A DNA stretch of 64,000 bases. It comes from Candidatus Latescibacterota bacterium. Its GTDB lineage: Bacteria > Latescibacterota > UBA2968 > GCA-2709665. Position 1 is the stretch's first letter. Each line of letters starts with the position of its first letter. Positions 60,674 to 64,000 of the stretch are shown here, one piece after another. The notes below the pieces were generated by a model that saw only the letters and a program-made list of their open reading frames with translations, was not told the origin of the DNA and searched no databases. The stretch spans positions 4,544,001 through 4,608,000 of the forward strand of contig OZ220733.1 in assembly GCA_965116875.1 (NCBI GenBank). Reading direction: 5' to 3'. The position numbers and the translations under genes are program-made.

Positions 60674-62803
60674 CTAGCCGCCCGGTCGATTTTTCCTTAC
60701 GTTCTTCCGGAATTCCGCGCGGCGTTTATCGTCCCGGAGGGTTGATTCGACGAGGAAGGTCCCGCCGTCCAGCACGCGGGCGCGGAGGAAAGGGTCCAGC
60801 CAGACGGTCGTGTCGGGCTGTTCGATGACTGCCGGCCCGGAAAGTTCGCAGCCCCAGGGAATTCTGGATCGCTCGTAGGTCGGGCACGGAACGAACCGGT
60901 CGTCGACCCAGACGTCCCGGCTGCGCTTGAACGCCTGATCCAGCGTTGTCGCCGGCGGGGTCAGCAGTGAGCTCAGGGAGCGGTGTTTCCTCACCCCGAT
61001 CATGGTGGTGCGCAGGTTCAGCAATCGAACGGGAAGCCCTTCCAGCAGCGCATCCAGACCGCCGAAACCGCGATGCGCGCTTCCGTAACGCCGAAGGTAC
61101 GCCGCTCTGAACCGCGTCGCGATGGCCTCCGGGCAGGTGTCGTCATCCGTCAACGGGGTACGGATAACGTGGGTCTGACCTTCGTACGCGATGTCTGCTT
61201 CTCGGACCAGATGCATATGGCCGAGAGGGACATTGACCTGCTTGAGAAAGTCAATTCCGCGCGACCGGTCGTGGGTGAAGATACGCCGGATTTCCGTCGG
61301 GTCCAGGTTGTCGAGGCGGCGATTGACCATCGTCACGTAATCGCGTTTCACGTCCGCGATCGCGCAGCCCCAGGCGGATGCGATACCCGGTTGATACGGG
61401 ACGAGACTCCTGGGGATACCGAGTTCCTTCATCAGAAACCCCACCAGAAGAGGTCCGCTTCCGCCAAACGCGAAAAGGGTGAAGTCATCGGGGTCCCGAC
61501 CGCGGTCGATAGAGATCCGGCGCAGGCTGCCTGCAATACGGTTATTGGATACGGAGACGACCGCGTGCGCGGCTTCCGCGGCTGAAAGGCCGAGCGGCCC
61601 GCCGACGGTTTCCTCCAGCGCAACCCCGGCTTTTACCAGGTCAAAGGAGAATCCCTCCCGGCCGCCGATGGGGTATTCCGGGTTGATTCGACCCAGAACA
61701 AGATTCGCATCGGTAAGCGTCGGCAGTTGTCCGCCTCGTCCGTAACCCGCCGGCCCCGGGTCCGCGCCGGCGCTCTCGGGGCCGACCTTGAGGATGCCTC
61801 CTTCATCGATGCGCGCAATGCTCCCCCCGCCGGCGCCGACGGTCTGGATATCGATCATGGACAGCAGGATCGGGATGCCGAACTCAAGCTCCGTACCGTG
61901 GGCTTGCACCGGGACGCCGTCCGTGACCAGAGAGACGTCCAGACTCGTGCCTCCCATATCGTAGGCAATGAGATCTCGAACATCGTGCTCCGCGGCGATG
62001 GCCGTCGCGGCGATCACGCCCGCCGCAGGCCCGGACAATACCGTCTGAACGGCGTACCTGCCTGCCTCGTCGGCTGGAATCATGCCGCCGTTGGATTGCA
62101 TGACCAGCAGATTCGTCCGGTGTCCCCTGCGACTCAGACTGCGTTCCAGGTTGGCCAGATATCGACTGACAACGGGTTGGACGTATGCGTTCACGACGGC
62201 GGTGCTGGTTCGTTCGAATTCACGAATCAGAGGAAGAATCTCCGCGGACGCGACAACGTAGAGTTCCTTGAAGCGACTCTCTATCAGTGATTTTGCCCGG
62301 CGTTCGTGGATCGGGTTGGCGTACGCGTTCATGAACGAGATGACGATTGCATCGACGTGTTCCGCCGTGAGTTTCTCCGCGCACGACATGACAGCGTCTT
62401 CGTCGAGGGGGACAAGCACCTCACCCTCCGCCGAGATGCGCTCGGCGACTTCCAGGCGGCGGCCGCGCGGAACCAGGGGCTCATAGGTTCCGGTAAGCCC
62501 GTAGAGATGAGGGCGGTCGCGACGCCGGAGTTCGAGGATATCCCGGAACCCCATGGTGGCGATCAGACCGCATCGTCCGCCCTTGCGTTCGAGGACGGCG
62601 TTCGTCGCCACGGTGGTTCCGTGTATGACGAGTTCGATTCCCCGGTCCTCATGCCCGAGAGCGTCGATGCCGTTGATCAACCCCTGCGATGGATCACCCG
62701 GGGTCGTTGGTACTTTCCTCACGTTCAGGGTCGACGCGGCATCATCCAGGACAAGGATGTCCGTAAAGGTGCCCCCTATATCGACCCCGATGGTTCTGGA
62801 CAT
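60674..62803 (-). CDS. Hydantoinase A/5-oxoprolinase family protein
   Basis: DIGGTFTD, HGTTVATNA, SGPAAGV, DMGGTS, GAGGGS, GPESAGADPGP. Confidence 0.93.
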   Translation of the reverse strand: MSRTIGVDIGGTFTDILVLDDAASTLNVRKVPTTPGDPSQGLINGIDALGHEDRGIELVIHGTTVATNAVLERKGGRCGLIATMGFRDILELRRRDRPHLYGLTGTYEPLVPRGRRLEVAERISAEGEVLVPLDEDAVMSCAEKLTAEHVDAIVISFMNAYANPIHERRAKSLIESRFKELYVVASAEILPLIREFERTSTAVVNAYVQPVVSRYLANLERSLSRRGHRTNLLVMQSNGGMIPADEAGRYAVQTVLSGPAAGVIAATAIAAEHDVRDLIAYDMGGTSLDVSLVTDGVPVQAHGTELEFGIPILLSMIDIQTVGAGGGSIARIDEGGILKVGPESAGADPGPAGYGRGGQLPTLTDANLVLGRINPEYPIGGREGFSFDLVKAGVALEETVGGPLGLSAAEAAHAVVSVSNNRIAGSLRRISIDRGRDPDDFTLFAFGGSGPLLVGFLMKELGIPRSLVPYQPGIASAWGCAIADVKRDYVTMVNRRLDNLDPTEIRRIFTHDRSRGIDFLKQVNVPLGHMHLVREADIAYEGQTHVIRTPLTDDDTCPEAIATRFRAAYLRRYGSAHRGFGGLDALLEGLPVRLLNLRTTMIGVRKHRSLSSLLTPPATTLDQAFKRSRDVWVDDRFVPCPTYERSRIPWGCELSGPAVIEQPDTTVWLDPFLRARVLDGGTFLVESTLRDDKRRAEFRKNVRKNRPGG

Positions 62804-63057
62804 GGTTTGATCCGGGAAAAGCGACGAGAGTTGTCAATTGGACGACAGTCAGAACTTAGACGTTCCGCTGGCGCGCGTCAACTCAAAAAAGAGATAACGA
62901 CGGGCTTTCCCGGCGTGCGGCGCCGCACGAAATCCACACGCGGGCCGAAGGGCGCGGGTGCACCCATTCAACCTTGACCGGATCGGGTACTTCCCTTAGA
63001 TTTGAGGGGATTTATCCGGGAGTCGACCCCAGATTTCGCAAGCGGCAGGGATACCCG

Positions 63058-63813
63058 ATGCCAAGAGGCCGATGTCATTTTGCATTGCTGGCGGCACTGC
63101 ACGACAGGTTTCGCGTTGAATGTCCCGAGGCAGCGGCATTCGCGGATGCGCATACCCCCGATCTGCTCGCCGGTACGTGCGCGCCGGACGGACTGCGTTT
63201 TGTGGGCGAACGGGGAAAATTCGCCACCCACTTTTATTCTGACGACCGTCGTGAAACCTGGGGGCGGTCGGTTGCCGGGCTGTTCGGCGCCCATCCCGAC
63301 CTGGCCGACCCGGGACGGCTTTCCGGTGCGGACGTCGCCGTGATGCTCGGGTACATTTCTCACCTGACGGTGGACGAGGCCTTCCGGGATGAAGTGACCA
63401 TCCACGTCTATGGTATCGAAGACTGGCGACCCATTGTCATGGGTCTGTGGTCCATCGTGGACGGATTCAACATCGGCAATGCCCGCTACCTGGCAGAGGT
63501 TCACCGATTCGAACGTAACGACAGCGTTGGCTTTATCGACTGCAGGGTTGTGGGCGAATACCTCGATCTGGTCAAGCCCTGGGCACTCGAGGACGACCCC
63601 TGGGAACTGGAGCGCATATTCCTCAGGTTACGACGCTGCGACATGCCGGAAGACGAGGCGCGGCGCACCTGGGAGCGGAACGTCGCGATGGCGGCGCCGT
63701 TTCTCGATAAGGACCGGCGGATGCGGTTTTACAGGGCGGCCGTGGACGTGGGCATGGCGGAAACCCTTCGATACCTGAGGGGAGACTACGCAACACAGGA
63801 AAGGGGCGACTGA
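63058..63813 (+). CDS. Zinc-dependent phospholipase C/P1 nuclease-like protein
   Basis: N-terminal MPRGRCH, GTCAPD, THF and GYISHLTVD metal-ligand pattern. Confidence 0.55.
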   Translation: MPRGRCHFALLAALHDRFRVECPEAAAFADAHTPDLLAGTCAPDGLRFVGERGKFATHFYSDDRRETWGRSVAGLFGAHPDLADPGRLSGADVAVMLGYISHLTVDEAFRDEVTIHVYGIEDWRPIVMGLWSIVDGFNIGNARYLAEVHRFERNDSVGFIDCRVVGEYLDLVKPWALEDDPWELERIFLRLRRCDMPEDEARRTWERNVAMAAPFLDKDRRMRFYRAAVDVGMAETLRYLRGDYATQERGD

Positions 63814-64000
63814 TGGCTACGTACCGCGTGGGCGTGATCGGATGCAGAGGCATCGGCGTCCAACATGCAACGGGCCTCCTGGGTCTGGGGAATGCCACCC
63901 TGGCGGCTGCCTGCGACCTCGAGGAGTCGACACTGAACGAATTCAGGGACCGGTGGCAATCCGAATGGCCGGATCTCAAACCCTACCGGGATCACCGTGA
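63813..64000 (+). CDS. Gfo/Idh/MocA family oxidoreductase, 5' part
   Basis: MATYRVGVIGCRGIGVQH...AAACDL; runs off the window. Confidence 0.75.
   Translation, partial: MATYRVGVIGCRGIGVQHATGLLGLGNATLAAACDLEESTLNEFRDRWQSEWPDLKPYRDHR

Overview
The window has two parts. Positions ~1,670-40,400 are an accessory region, much of it decaying. Positions 40,456-64,000 are ordinary chromosome: initiator tRNA-Met, hlyC/corC-ybeY-7TM-HD-phoH, LysM protein, aspS, hisS, rnhB-yraN fusion, an ABC exporter pair, two SDRs and hydantoinase A/B. The accessory part holds three main things. (i) A type I R-M operon (HTH-hsdM, clan AA protease, hsdS, hsdR, M48 protease) with nested defence cargo: a ~2,038-aa nuclease-STAND (Avs-like) gene broken by an IS630 and by one extra 7-bp repeat unit, a dead MNT-HEPN pair and a lone HEPN-motif protein. 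(ii) Several toxin-antitoxin and Rpn loci, often with the toxic partner inactivated. (iii) A 5,195-bp IS1595-family element (28298-33492) delimited by 22-bp terminal inverted repeats and an 8-bp target duplication. It carries two dockerin-like-tagged secreted proteins (one a HExxH metalloprotease), a 2-TM SLATT-like gene paired with a proline-rich micropeptide, and several strongly structured non-coding segments; this is the most unusual item in the window. Remnants of a group II intron, a Ser/Thr kinase and half a CRISPR-like repeat are also present. The dockerin-like motifs and repeat-protein types suggest a Latescibacterota/Gemmatimonadota-like, possibly sponge-associated bacterium (inference only). 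All family assignments are by motif recognition; no database searches were run.
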